Assembly: GCA_000175855.1 (NCBI GenBank)
Contig: ACYB01000035.1
Coordinates: 1-32,000 of the forward strand
Direction of reading: 5' to 3'
Origin: Raphidiopsis brookii D9
GTDB taxonomy: Bacteria > Cyanobacteriota > Cyanobacteriia > Cyanobacteriales > Nostocaceae
Length of the DNA: 32,000 nucleotides
Below are positions 1 through 8,028 of this stretch, piece by piece (position 1 is the first letter of the stretch; each line of letters starts with the position of its first letter). Below the pieces are notes generated by a model. That model saw nothing but the letters and a program-made list of their open reading frames with translations, ran no database searches and was not told the DNA's origin. Position numbers and translations under genes: made by a program.

Positions 1-253
1 GTGGAGAATATCAAACATCTGGGTGCGAGTGCTTCTTAATCCCACTCACTTATGCGTCGACAGACTTCACAATGTAAATTTATTGTTATACAATATGTTT
101 AATCTAAAAGCCCCCCTTTTTAAAGGGAGTTGGGGGGATCAGAACCTATTAAATTTAACAACTCTTGTCTCTCTCAACCTTTTGTTACATAGTTATAAAT
201 TTCTCAGCCGACTTACTTAGAATTAATCTTAATCTACCATAAATCTGGGAAAA

Positions 254-1187
254 TTAGGGAATGTAAGACAGTCCAGCACCAATAGCTTCAGCTAAGATGC
301 TCATGAGACGATAAAGGGCGATCGCACCAATTAGGAGAGAGGGAGGGAAAGTATTCTGTAAAAGGAGGATAGCTGTACTTTCAAATACTCCTAAACCCCC
401 CGGAGCACCGGGAATAACTAAACCCAAAACCCAAGCAAGACTAAAAGCACCAATTAATATGGGAATTTGGTTAAGATTCACATCACCCAGAGCGAATATG
501 GTTAAAATAAATCCTGTTCCCCGTAAGCATACAAAAATTAATTCACCTACTAAAGGTAATAAGGGATATTTTTCTAGAGTTAAATTATTCATAGAGTTCA
601 TGGAGTTAGGAATATCATCTTCACTTTTAAGTTGAGATTTAATTTGGGATTTAATTTGAGATTTAATTTTAAAAAGGAAGCGAAGTAGAGGATTCAAAAC
701 TACTGGATGAAGACTGAGCAATAGTAAAAATAAGCTGATAAATTTGACGGGTTGGTTAAAACTCACAGATAAATGATTAGGGAGTAAAATAATATTAATT
801 AAAGCAGCTGTAGCCATGAGTAAAGGTTCTAATAAAACGCTCAAAGTAGCTTTAAATGTGGGAATATTAGCATCTTTAGCAGCTAGTATTCGCCCATAAT
901 AATGCCAAACATTTCCGGGTAAGTATTTGGCAATATTGGTTTTAATAAACCCGGATAAATAAACCGGTAGGTACAGACTGATTTAAATGATTGAGTATCC
1001 ACGTCCACACCAAACCAGCCCAAGTATGTGCAAGCAGAGTTACCATAGTAGCCATAGGGAGAATTCTCCACCTAATTCCACCCAGGTTCAAAGACTTGAC
1101 TTCTAACCAGTGAGCTTTGAGAGTTGTCACCAAAAAAAACAAAGTCACCCCAAAAACAACCCAACGTAAAAATTTTCCCATGGTCAC
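254..1187 (-). pseudogene. UPF0104 / lysyl-phosphatidylglycerol-synthase-TM-like (flippase-like) integral membrane protein; reading frame broken as sequenced
   Basis: Same-strand ORFs 942..1187 and 254..844 tile one gene. The N-terminal ORF ends ...PTGLFIRVY* (stop 942-944). The frame of 254..844 is open upstream to 982 and reads ...GFIKTNIAKYLPGNVWHYYGRILAAKD..., the YLPGNVWH.YGR motif I associate with this family. The span is 934 nt (3n+1). The protein is polytopic and hydrophobic throughout. Confidence 0.7.
634..669 (-). repeat. In-frame tandem repeat, 3 copies of a 12-nt unit (gRgatttaattt on the + strand) inside the membrane-protein gene
   Basis: gagatttaattt (634-645), gggatttaattt (646-657), gagatttaattt (658-669). 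Translated on the minus strand this gives IKSQIKSQIKSQLKS in ORF 254..844. Confidence 0.85.
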
Positions 1188-1259
1188 ACATATTATCCAT
1201 GTTACTACCTATATTATTCTATAATTATTGCCATTGATAACCAAAATTTATTTGACCCT

Positions 1260-2480
1260 ATGAGTTCAAAGTTGTCCCTTGCCCAAATTATTACCGATTG
1301 TATTCAAAGCAGTGAACAAAAACGCATTACCTTTGCCGAATATATGGATTTGGTACTATATCATAGGGAATATGGTTATTATTCCAGTCATTCCTGCCAA
1401 ATTGGATTTGAAGGTAGTGATTTTTTCACCTCCCCTAGTTTAAGTGAAGATTTTGGTGAATTGCTGGCTGAACAATTTTTGCAAATGTGGGAAAATTTAG
1501 ATAGACCTAGACCTTTTCAATTAGTCGAAATGGGTGCAGGTAAAGGTGTTTTGGCAGCACAAATTCTCACCTACTTGAAAAGTCATCACCCAGATTTTTT
1601 TGAAATTATAGAATATATCATTGTTGAAAAATCTCCCCAATTAAGAGGTGAGCAACAGCAAAGATTAGAGATATTTTCCATTCAATGGTTAGACTTACAA
1701 GAACTTCACCCTGGTTCAATTATAGGGTGCTTTTTTTCCAACGAGTTGGTTGATGCTTTCCCGGTTCATCAATTCATACTACAGAATGGCAAACTCCAGG
1801 AAATTTATGTGACTTTTAGGACTGCACCACCTAACCTCAAAACACAGCATTCATCACAGAGCTTAGATATAGAAATTCTAGAGTTTATAGAAGTAATTGG
1901 GGAACCATCTACACCGAAACTAGAGGAATATTTACAACTAGTGGGAATTGATCTTAGTCCAAATGTGTATCCAGAAGACTATCGCAGTGAGATTAATTTA
2001 GCTGCTTTGGATTGGTTGAGTATAGTAGCTAACTGCTTACAGCGCGGCTATGTGCTAACAATAGATTATGGCTACCCTGCAACTCGATATTATCACCCCA
2101 GAAGATCCCAGGGAACATTACAGTGCTACTACCAGCATCGTTATCACGATAATCCTTATATCAAAGTAGGTGAACAAGATATTACCACCCATGTTGACTT
2201 CACAGCTTTAGAAAACTGGGGTAAAAAGTGTGGGTTAAATCCCGTGGGTTGGACCCAACAAGGATTGTTTTTGATGGCTTTGGGCTTAGGTGATAGAATA
2301 GCAGCTCTTTCCTATCAACAACAATCTGTGTCACAACTGCTAAAACGCCGGGAAGCACTACACCAACTAATTTCCCCCGAAGGACTAGGCAATTTTGGTG
2401 TGTTGGTACAGAGCAAAGGACTCACAAACACCCAAAGTCAGTTACCCCTGCAGGGATTTATTACACCAGTGGTTTTTTAA
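1260..2480 (+). CDS. Class I SAM-dependent methyltransferase, COG1565 / NDUFAF7 (MidA, DUF185)-like
   Basis: 406-aa ORF. Motif I VEMGAGKGVLA. Overall layout (FAEYMDLVLYH...YY, ...NELVDAFPVH..., TTHVDFT) matches my recollection of this family. Confidence 0.75.
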   Translation: MSSKLSLAQIITDCIQSSEQKRITFAEYMDLVLYHREYGYYSSHSCQIGFEGSDFFTSPSLSEDFGELLAEQFLQMWENLDRPRPFQLVEMGAGKGVLAAQILTYLKSHHPDFFEIIEYIIVEKSPQLRGEQQQRLEIFSIQWLDLQELHPGSIIGCFFSNELVDAFPVHQFILQNGKLQEIYVTFRTAPPNLKTQHSSQSLDIEILEFIEVIGEPSTPKLEEYLQLVGIDLSPNVYPEDYRSEINLAALDWLSIVANCLQRGYVLTIDYGYPATRYYHPRRSQGTLQCYYQHRYHDNPYIKVGEQDITTHVDFTALENWGKKCGLNPVGWTQQGLFLMALGLGDRIAALSYQQQSVSQLLKRREALHQLISPEGLGNFGVLVQSKGLTNTQSQLPLQGFITPVVF

Positions 2481-2557
2481 GAAGGTTAAGGTTAATATAG
2501 CAGTGTTAATTGCTGTAGCTATAATCTAAACCTTAATCTAAACCTTGGTAAATAACT

Positions 2558-2653
2558 ATGAGTACCCATGATTTGATTGTTTTAGTCACCCTACTTACCC
2601 CCGGACTTTTGCTTTCAGTTGTAATTATGGCAACTTTTGCTGCTGGAGGCTAA
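2558..2653 (+). CDS. Candidate 31-aa hydrophobic peptide (MSTHDLIVLVTLLTPGLLLSVVIMATFAAGG); not in the ORF track
   Basis: ATG 2558, stop taa 2651-2653. One predicted TM helix. It sits in a 265-nt intergenic gap. No clear SD. It does not match any small photosystem or cytochrome b6f subunit I can recall. Confidence 0.2.
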   Translation: MSTHDLIVLVTLLTPGLLLSVVIMATFAAGG

Positions 2654-2751
2654 TTCCAGACAATTGGGAACTGGAGTTTGGCACCTGGGAAAACTCGGAA
2701 ACACTCGCCAATTCCCTATTCATTGTCACATTTTTGACCTGAATATTGAAT

Positions 2752-3036
2752 ATGAATACTGCCATTACGTCCATTGTGTCCCCAAATTTAGTTGTTGTCA
2801 CAGTTAAGTTGTTTGCAGCATATCAAGAAGCCTACGGAGTTACAGAACTCCAGTGGGAATTTCCTTGTAATACACCTGTTCGAACAATTTGCGATCGCAT
2901 GATATCGGATCATCCGCAGCTGAGTAAGTGGCGCGATGTTACCCGGTTTGGAATTAATTTGATGTTTGTGGATCCTGACACTGTTCTTAACCATGGAGAT
3001 GAGGTGGTGATCATTCCTCCGGTGAGTGGGGGATAG
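2752..3036 (+). CDS. moaD: Molybdopterin synthase sulfur-carrier subunit (MoaD/ThiS fold)
   Basis: Roughly 94-aa protein ending ...GDEVVIIPPVSGG*, the diagnostic C-terminal Gly-Gly. ATG at 2752; the track ORF starts at TTG 2746. Confidence 0.8.
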   Translation: MNTAITSIVSPNLVVVTVKLFAAYQEAYGVTELQWEFPCNTPVRTICDRMISDHPQLSKWRDVTRFGINLMFVDPDTVLNHGDEVVIIPPVSGG

Positions 3037-3205
3037 GTTCAAGTCCAGATTTCCATCTAAAATGAGCAATCATGTTATCGCGTCTGGCTAAGGCGTGTAA
3101 GTCTACTGAGGGATAACCGCTCCCATGCTCCCGTTGAAGTAGAAAGTAAAGTCTAGTTTTGTCTAAATTTTATATAGCAGATAGTAGATTTATTTGGACA
3201 GGGTG

Positions 3206-4384
3206 ATGAGCATAACAACAGCAGAGCGGATAATTTGCAACACTGATATTATCAATGCAAAAGTACCCGGTTATCAAGGTTTACAGATGATCTGGGTGAA
3301 CGAACAGGGTAACATCGAAGAAATTTTACCCATGACCCAGCTGTGTCAAAGACAAACCAGGGAGAACTTGCGGGTTCTGGATCTAGCAGGTGATTGGGTG
3401 TCATTAGGTGGTGTAGACTTGCAAATCAATGGGGGTTTGGGTTTAGCATTCCCCGATTTGACAGGTAGAAACATCAACAGACTGCAAGAAATATCAGATT
3501 TTTTGTGGGAACAGGGGGTGGATGCTTATTTACCCACTTTAGTGACAACCTCCATAGAGAATATACATCGTTCCCTAGAGATCATGGCCAATTATGAGCA
3601 AAAATCCGGGGCAAAAATTCTAGGAGTCCATTTAGAAGGTCCCTTTTTAAACTATGGTAAACGGGGTGCACATCCAGCAGAATATTTACTCCCCTTGACC
3701 ATGAGTGAGGTTAATCGGGTATTAGGGGATTATGCTTCCCTGGTGAAGGTCATCACCCTAGCTCCTGAATTAGATTCCACTGGGGAGGTCATACCCTATC
3801 TGAGATCTTTAGGAATAACGGTGAGTTTAGGACATTCTCTAGCTACAGCAGCACAAGCAGATGAAGCTTTTAGCTCAGGTGCTACTATGGTGACTCATGC
3901 GTTTAATGCTATGCCACCTTTACACCATCGAGAACCAGGTTTATTAGGAGCTGCTATGAATCATCCTTATGTGATGAGTAGCTTTATTGCTGACGGACAG
4001 CACATTGTGCCGCCTATGTTAGAAATTTTATTACGTGCTAGCAAAGGACTATTTCTAGTCAGTGATGCTTTAGCACCACTAGGACTACCGGATGGAGAAT
4101 ATCCCTGGGATAGTCGAAAAATCACAGTCAAAAATGGTACAGCTAGATTAGCGGATGGAACCTTATCGGGAACCACATTTTCTTTACTAAAAGGAGTACA
4201 AAAGCTAGTGCAGTGGCAAATTTGCGACATTGAAACTGGAATCTTTTTAGCTACGGATGCGCCCAGAAAGGCAATTAATCTACCCACCATTGGTGTGGGT
4301 GTGCAGGCCAATTTACTCCATTGGTTTGAGGATCAAAATACAGGAGAATTGACTTGGAAAAGAATAGAACTTGCTAGGACATGA
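3206..4384 (+). CDS. nagA: N-acetylglucosamine-6-phosphate deacetylase
   Basis: Amidohydrolase motifs GGVDLQINGG, GVHLEGPFL, VTHAFNAMPPLHHR, FLVSDA. Roughly 392 aa from ATG 3206; the track ORF starts at TTG 3194. Confidence 0.85.
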   Translation: MSITTAERIICNTDIINAKVPGYQGLQMIWVNEQGNIEEILPMTQLCQRQTRENLRVLDLAGDWVSLGGVDLQINGGLGLAFPDLTGRNINRLQEISDFLWEQGVDAYLPTLVTTSIENIHRSLEIMANYEQKSGAKILGVHLEGPFLNYGKRGAHPAEYLLPLTMSEVNRVLGDYASLVKVITLAPELDSTGEVIPYLRSLGITVSLGHSLATAAQADEAFSSGATMVTHAFNAMPPLHHREPGLLGAAMNHPYVMSSFIADGQHIVPPMLEILLRASKGLFLVSDALAPLGLPDGEYPWDSRKITVKNGTARLADGTLSGTTFSLLKGVQKLVQWQICDIETGIFLATDAPRKAINLPTIGVGVQANLLHWFEDQNTGELTWKRIELART

Positions 4385-4390
4385 GTATAC

Positions 4391-5944
4391 ATGACTATAA
4401 CAGAAAAAATTCTCTCCCAACTGCAAGGAAACATACTAGAGAACCTACGGCGCACCGATAAAATTTTAACATCTCTAAAAACCGATAACCAAACCTTTAT
4501 GGAGGTAGTTAAACAGGAATCAACCCGGTTAAAATCTATAGACTGGGATGTGATAATTTGTGGTGGGACATTAGGAATTTTAATTGGTAGTGCCCTAGCA
4601 GTGCGGGGAGTGCGAGTAGCATTACTGGAAAAAGGGGTTTTACAGGGAAGAGAACAAGAATGGAATATTTCTCGTCAGGAATTGTCAGTATTGATAAAAT
4701 TGGACCTATTGACACAGGAGGAGTTGGCAACAACTATTGTCACCACCTATAACCCAGCACGGGTAGGTTTTGCTGGTGGTGAGGAACTGTGGGTAGAGGA
4801 TGTACTCAATATTGGGGTAGATCCGATTTATTTACTCAAAACTCTCAAGAACCGGTTTCTGCTTGCAGGAGGAACATTACTGGAGAATACCCCATTTAAC
4901 AACGCGGTGGTCCATTCAAATGGCATAATGGTCAATAACCAATTTTCGGGTAGATTACTACTAGATGCTATGGGACACCTTTCACCTATTAGTAAACAAG
5001 CACGTGGGGGTAAAAAACCAGATGCAATATGTTTAGTAGTGGGAAGTTGTGCAGAAGGATTTACCAGCAATGACTCAGGGGATTTATTGCTATCCTTTAC
5101 TACCCTACAAAATCAATGTCAATACTTTTGGGAAGCTTTCCCCGCACGGGATGGTAGAACCACTTATTTATTTACCTATGTTGACCCAGCATCCCAGCGG
5201 TTAAACCTAGAAGAATTAATTGGTGAATATTTCCGCTTATTACCACAATACCAAAAGGTAGAAATTGATAAATTAACTTTTAAAAGGGTGTTGTTTGGTT
5301 TTTTTCCTAGTTACCGTCAAAGTCCCTTGCAAACCCCTTGGAATTACATTTTACCTGTGGGAGATAGTAGTGGTAATCAGTCACCCCTAAGTTTTGGTGG
5401 ATTTGGTGCCATGATTCGTCATTTGGAGCGATTAACCATGGGGATTGAGGATGCATTACAAACTAATGAATTATGGTCTTCCTCCTTAAAATTACTACAG
5501 CCCTACCAACCTAGTTTAAGTGTGACCTGGTTGTTTCAAAAAGCCATGAGTGTAAGAGTAAATCAGCAAATCCCACCAGATCAAATTAACCAACTGTTGT
5601 CCGTAGTATTTAGGGAAATGGCAAAATTAGGCACTCCAGTTTTAAAACCTTTTTTACAAGACATAGTGCAATTTTCAGCTTTGAGTCAAACCTTGTGGAA
5701 AACGGGTATAAACCATCCCTTGTTAATAGCTAAGATTATTCCCCAAGTGGGTCTTTTCAGTTTGATAGATTGGATAGGCCACTATATAAACCTGCTGATT
5801 TTTACCCTTTTATTTTCTTTCAGCTCCATACCAGCACTAGGCAAAATAATTAATAATCTACCAAACAGTCAACAATATTACATTCATCGGTGGATAGATG
5901 GTTGGAAATTTGGTTCCGGTAAAGATTACCACCTAGATCCATAG
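4391..5944 (+). CDS. FAD-dependent oxidoreductase, CruA/CruP (lycopene-cyclase-like) family
   Basis: Rossmann dinucleotide motif DVIICGGTLGILIGSALA...LLEKG. Also REQEWNISRQEL and GDSSGNQSPLSFGGFG, which I recall as CruA/CruP-type signatures. Hydrophobic C-terminus. Confidence 0.6.
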   Translation: MTITEKILSQLQGNILENLRRTDKILTSLKTDNQTFMEVVKQESTRLKSIDWDVIICGGTLGILIGSALAVRGVRVALLEKGVLQGREQEWNISRQELSVLIKLDLLTQEELATTIVTTYNPARVGFAGGEELWVEDVLNIGVDPIYLLKTLKNRFLLAGGTLLENTPFNNAVVHSNGIMVNNQFSGRLLLDAMGHLSPISKQARGGKKPDAICLVVGSCAEGFTSNDSGDLLLSFTTLQNQCQYFWEAFPARDGRTTYLFTYVDPASQRLNLEELIGEYFRLLPQYQKVEIDKLTFKRVLFGFFPSYRQSPLQTPWNYILPVGDSSGNQSPLSFGGFGAMIRHLERLTMGIEDALQTNELWSSSLKLLQPYQPSLSVTWLFQKAMSVRVNQQIPPDQINQLLSVVFREMAKLGTPVLKPFLQDIVQFSALSQTLWKTGINHPLLIAKIIPQVGLFSLIDWIGHYINLLIFTLLFSFSSIPALGKIINNLPNSQQYYIHRWIDGWKFGSGKDYHLDP

Positions 5945-5988
5945 AATCTGTGGATAATGTAAAAATAAATGTACAGTGCTAAAGGAAA

Positions 5989-7239
5989 ATGATTTTGATT
6001 CAAAGCATAAAGATTGATTGGATATTAGTAAACACCGGTTTACAGTTTATCACCTGGGGGTTTTTCTCCCTATTACTAGCTGAAATTCTCCGGGATGTTT
6101 ATCATGCTTTGTGTCATCAAGTCACCTGGTTGTCAAAATGGCATAATAAGCACCACGCAGCATATCGTCGAGACCTTACTATTGCTTCTCAAAAAGCCTA
6201 CATAGAGTCCCAATTGTATCATGACATTGTGGAATCTGTCATCCTGGTAGTTTTATTAACCTTTGTCGCTTTCTTTACAAAACAGTGGGGTTTGTGGTTA
6301 GGTGTGGTCTATTCCATTACCTTTTTATACGGTGCATCTTTGCGCTACTTTCAAGGCACAATAGACACAGATTATAATCATTTACCCGGACCATTAGCAA
6401 CAATTCCTTCCGTTTGGTTTGTGAATAGAACCTATCATTGGCGACACCATTTTGATGATGTCAACGCCTATTATAGTGGAGTATTTTCCCTGGTAGATAA
6501 AGTGTTGGGAACAGGACTTTCTCTTAAAGGTAAAACCATTGCTATTACTGGAGCTTCCGGAAGTTTAGGAAAAGCACTAACCACTCAATTAATTAAACAA
6601 AATGCCAAAGTCGTAGCCTTAACAACTAACCCCGAAAATATCTCAAACCACGCGGGAATCAAAGTCATCCCCTGGCAATTGGGCAAGGAAATAGAACTAA
6701 AAGCCAACTTAGAAAAAGTTGATATTTTAATTATCAACCATGGCATTAATGTTTATGGCGATCGCACTTCAGCAGCTATAAATAACTCCTATGAAATTAA
6801 CACATTTTCTGCACTGCGTTTAATAGACATATTTTCTGAGACTGTTACTGGACCCCATGCTAAAGCAACCAAGGAAATTTGGGTGAACACCTCGGAAGCT
6901 GAAGTTTCACCTGCATTAAGTCCTCTTTATGAACTGAGTAAAAGAGCATTAGGAGATTTAGTCACCCTAAAACGCCTAAATGGAGTCTGTGTAATTAGGA
7001 AACTAATATTAGGTCCATTTAAAAGTCAACTTAATCCCTATGGAGTCATGTCATCAACCCAAGTAGCAAGGGGAATTGTGTTTTTAGCTCAACGGGACTT
7101 TAGAAACATTATTGTTACAGTTAACCCCCTCACCTACCTACTGTTCCCCATTAAAGAGTTTACTAGATGGTTCTATTACAAAACCTTTACTAAATTAACT
7201 GTACCCCGTAATCATGAAAGCGGTTCACCAATTTTATAG
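5989..7239 (+). CDS. Fusion protein: N-terminal fatty-acid-hydroxylase/sterol-desaturase-like di-iron membrane domain plus C-terminal short-chain dehydrogenase/reductase
   Basis: His boxes HALCH, HNKHH and HWRHH in a TM-rich N-terminal half. The C-terminal half has TGASGSLG (the TGxxxGxG Rossmann motif) and YELSK (YxxxK). Confidence 0.8.
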   Translation: MILIQSIKIDWILVNTGLQFITWGFFSLLLAEILRDVYHALCHQVTWLSKWHNKHHAAYRRDLTIASQKAYIESQLYHDIVESVILVVLLTFVAFFTKQWGLWLGVVYSITFLYGASLRYFQGTIDTDYNHLPGPLATIPSVWFVNRTYHWRHHFDDVNAYYSGVFSLVDKVLGTGLSLKGKTIAITGASGSLGKALTTQLIKQNAKVVALTTNPENISNHAGIKVIPWQLGKEIELKANLEKVDILIINHGINVYGDRTSAAINNSYEINTFSALRLIDIFSETVTGPHAKATKEIWVNTSEAEVSPALSPLYELSKRALGDLVTLKRLNGVCVIRKLILGPFKSQLNPYGVMSSTQVARGIVFLAQRDFRNIIVTVNPLTYLLFPIKEFTRWFYYKTFTKLTVPRNHESGSPIL

Positions 7240-7268
7240 GTTGTTTATAGGCTAGGGTGAATTGCCAG

Positions 7269-7337
7269 AGATCTCAACCTACACTTATTGTGATTTATAA
7301 ATCACGCTCAAAAAGCGCTTGTGGTGTAGAGAGATCT
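7269..7337. other. Nested inverted-repeat element (candidate structured RNA or complex terminator) 30 nt downstream of the hydroxylase/SDR gene
   Basis: Outer helix: 7269-7275 pairs with 7331-7337 (7 bp, around AGATCT) and 7279-7284 pairs with 7324-7329 (6 bp). It encloses a perfect 16-nt palindrome gtgatttataaatcac (7290-7305) and a 4-bp mini-hairpin (7305-7317). Confidence 0.35.
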
Positions 7338-7482
7338 GCCGCGCACCGGTTCTTTTCCCAATGGGGGTTGACTATTGACCCTTTTACTCCAACTGAGTGA
7401 GTGCTAGATTCTGGTATTTTCCATTTATGCTTGACAAGTCGAAAGATTTTACAAAAATTATTAATTATTTTCTATAAACCCC

Positions 7483-7511
7483 TTGCATAGCTGTTCAAAT
7501 AGTTTTATAAT
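7483..7511 (+). promoter_or_regulatory. Near-consensus sigma70-type promoter (TTGCAT - 17 nt - TATAAT)
   Basis: ttgcat 7483-7488, 17-nt spacer, tataat 7506-7511. It lies about 80 nt upstream of the ATG at 7591. Confidence 0.5.
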
Positions 7512-7520
7512 TAAGAAAAA

Positions 7521-7565
7521 GTAAGGTGATCTGTATTTCTTGGCGGAAAGCTCCGATCACCTTAC
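7521..7565 (+). promoter_or_regulatory. 5'-leader hairpin (11-bp perfect stem, 23-nt loop) predicted to sit at the very 5' end of the transcript
   Basis: gtaaggtgatc (7521-7531) pairs with gatcaccttac (7555-7565). It is followed by GGAGG (7576-7580), which lies 10 nt before ATG 7591. Confidence 0.5.
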
Positions 7566-7590
7566 ACCCCAAAATGGAGGCAAATAAATT

Positions 7591-7842
7591 ATGGCACAGA
7601 CTAGAAACTTTATCAGCAATGTTGATGACACTGGAGTGGTTAAATCTAGGGTGGTTTCACAAAGTAGTCACCGGGAACCACTAAAACACCTATTGATTGG
7701 CTCAAAAAAGACGGTGATTAGCACGATTCACTATCTACACGTGCTTGGTTATGCCAATGCAACTGATTGGAGTGATCTTACACCAACTGGCAAATCTGGG
7801 GAGGTTATGAGTATACTGGTAAGAGACATTGTGATTAATTAG
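7591..7842 (+). CDS. Hypothetical 83-aa soluble protein
   Basis: ATG start preceded by a GGAGG SD, its own promoter and a downstream hairpin. No motif I can assign. The segment HLLIGSKKTVISTIHYLHVLGYA...DWS...GEVMSIL feels like a conserved cyanobacterial hypothetical protein, but this is unverified. Confidence 0.55.
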   Translation: MAQTRNFISNVDDTGVVKSRVVSQSSHREPLKHLLIGSKKTVISTIHYLHVLGYANATDWSDLTPTGKSGEVMSILVRDIVIN

Positions 7843-7852
7843 TTTCCTCTTT

Positions 7853-7876
7853 AACTCCTGGGAAAACCCAGGAGTT
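7853..7876 (+). terminator. Stem-loop 10 nt after the stop of the 83-aa ORF (10-bp stem, 4-nt loop; no U-tract)
   Basis: aactcctggg aaaa cccaggagtt. The lack of a T-run makes an intrinsic-terminator call tentative. Confidence 0.4.
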
Positions 7877-8028
7877 AGGCGTAGCGTTGCAATTTATAGG
7901 AATTTAGTGTAGGATATGATTGTTGAGCAAAAATTGTCAACAACCCACCTAAGAGAGCGGAGATCTCGAGGAAGGAAGAAAGATGATTAACTCAAAGCAT
8001 TTTATACTTAGGGAAAGAGAGTAATAAA

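Noticed and set aside
23-220. A 65-aa plus-strand ORF at the window start, and the C6/G6 motif aaaagcccccctttttaaagggagttgggggg (107-137)
   Set aside because: The ORF is low-complexity (L/N-rich) and has no recognisable signals. The C-run/G-run motif resembles short dispersed cyanobacterial repeats, but from one copy I cannot establish a repeat family. Positions 1-39 might be the 3' end of an upstream gene (...VENIKHLGASAS*), which cannot be identified.
3035-3045. A tRNA-like T-loop string, ggttcaagtcc, just at the end of moaD
   Set aside because: The flanking bases cannot form a T-stem (only 2 complementary pairs). No acceptor, D or anticodon arms can be drawn. The string overlaps the moaD stop region, so it is a coincidental match.
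2788-3069. Antisense or shadow ORFs nested in well-supported genes: 2788..3069, 3967..4311, 4536..4733, 4828..5070, 9767..10000, 10605..10802, 11141..11359, 12243..12449, 14418..14669, 19397..19678, 20537..20758, 21189..21464, 21400..21603, 21838..22074, 22013..22222, 22023..22256, 23061..23246, 24864..25100, 25945..26166 and 26377..26625
   Set aside because: Each lies wholly or largely inside a longer ORF, on the opposite strand or in another frame, that carries diagnostic family motifs. None has motifs or translation signals of its own.
3011-3169. A minus-strand peptide ...LYFLLQREHGSGYPSVDLHALARRDNMIAHF... containing an HGSGYP string reminiscent of the HD-GYP motif
   Set aside because: There is no start codon other than a late internal Met. 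Only about 50 codons are open between stops. The 3' part is simply the antisense of the moaD C-terminus. The canonical motif context (HHE..DGSGYP) is absent. At best it is an unprovable relic.
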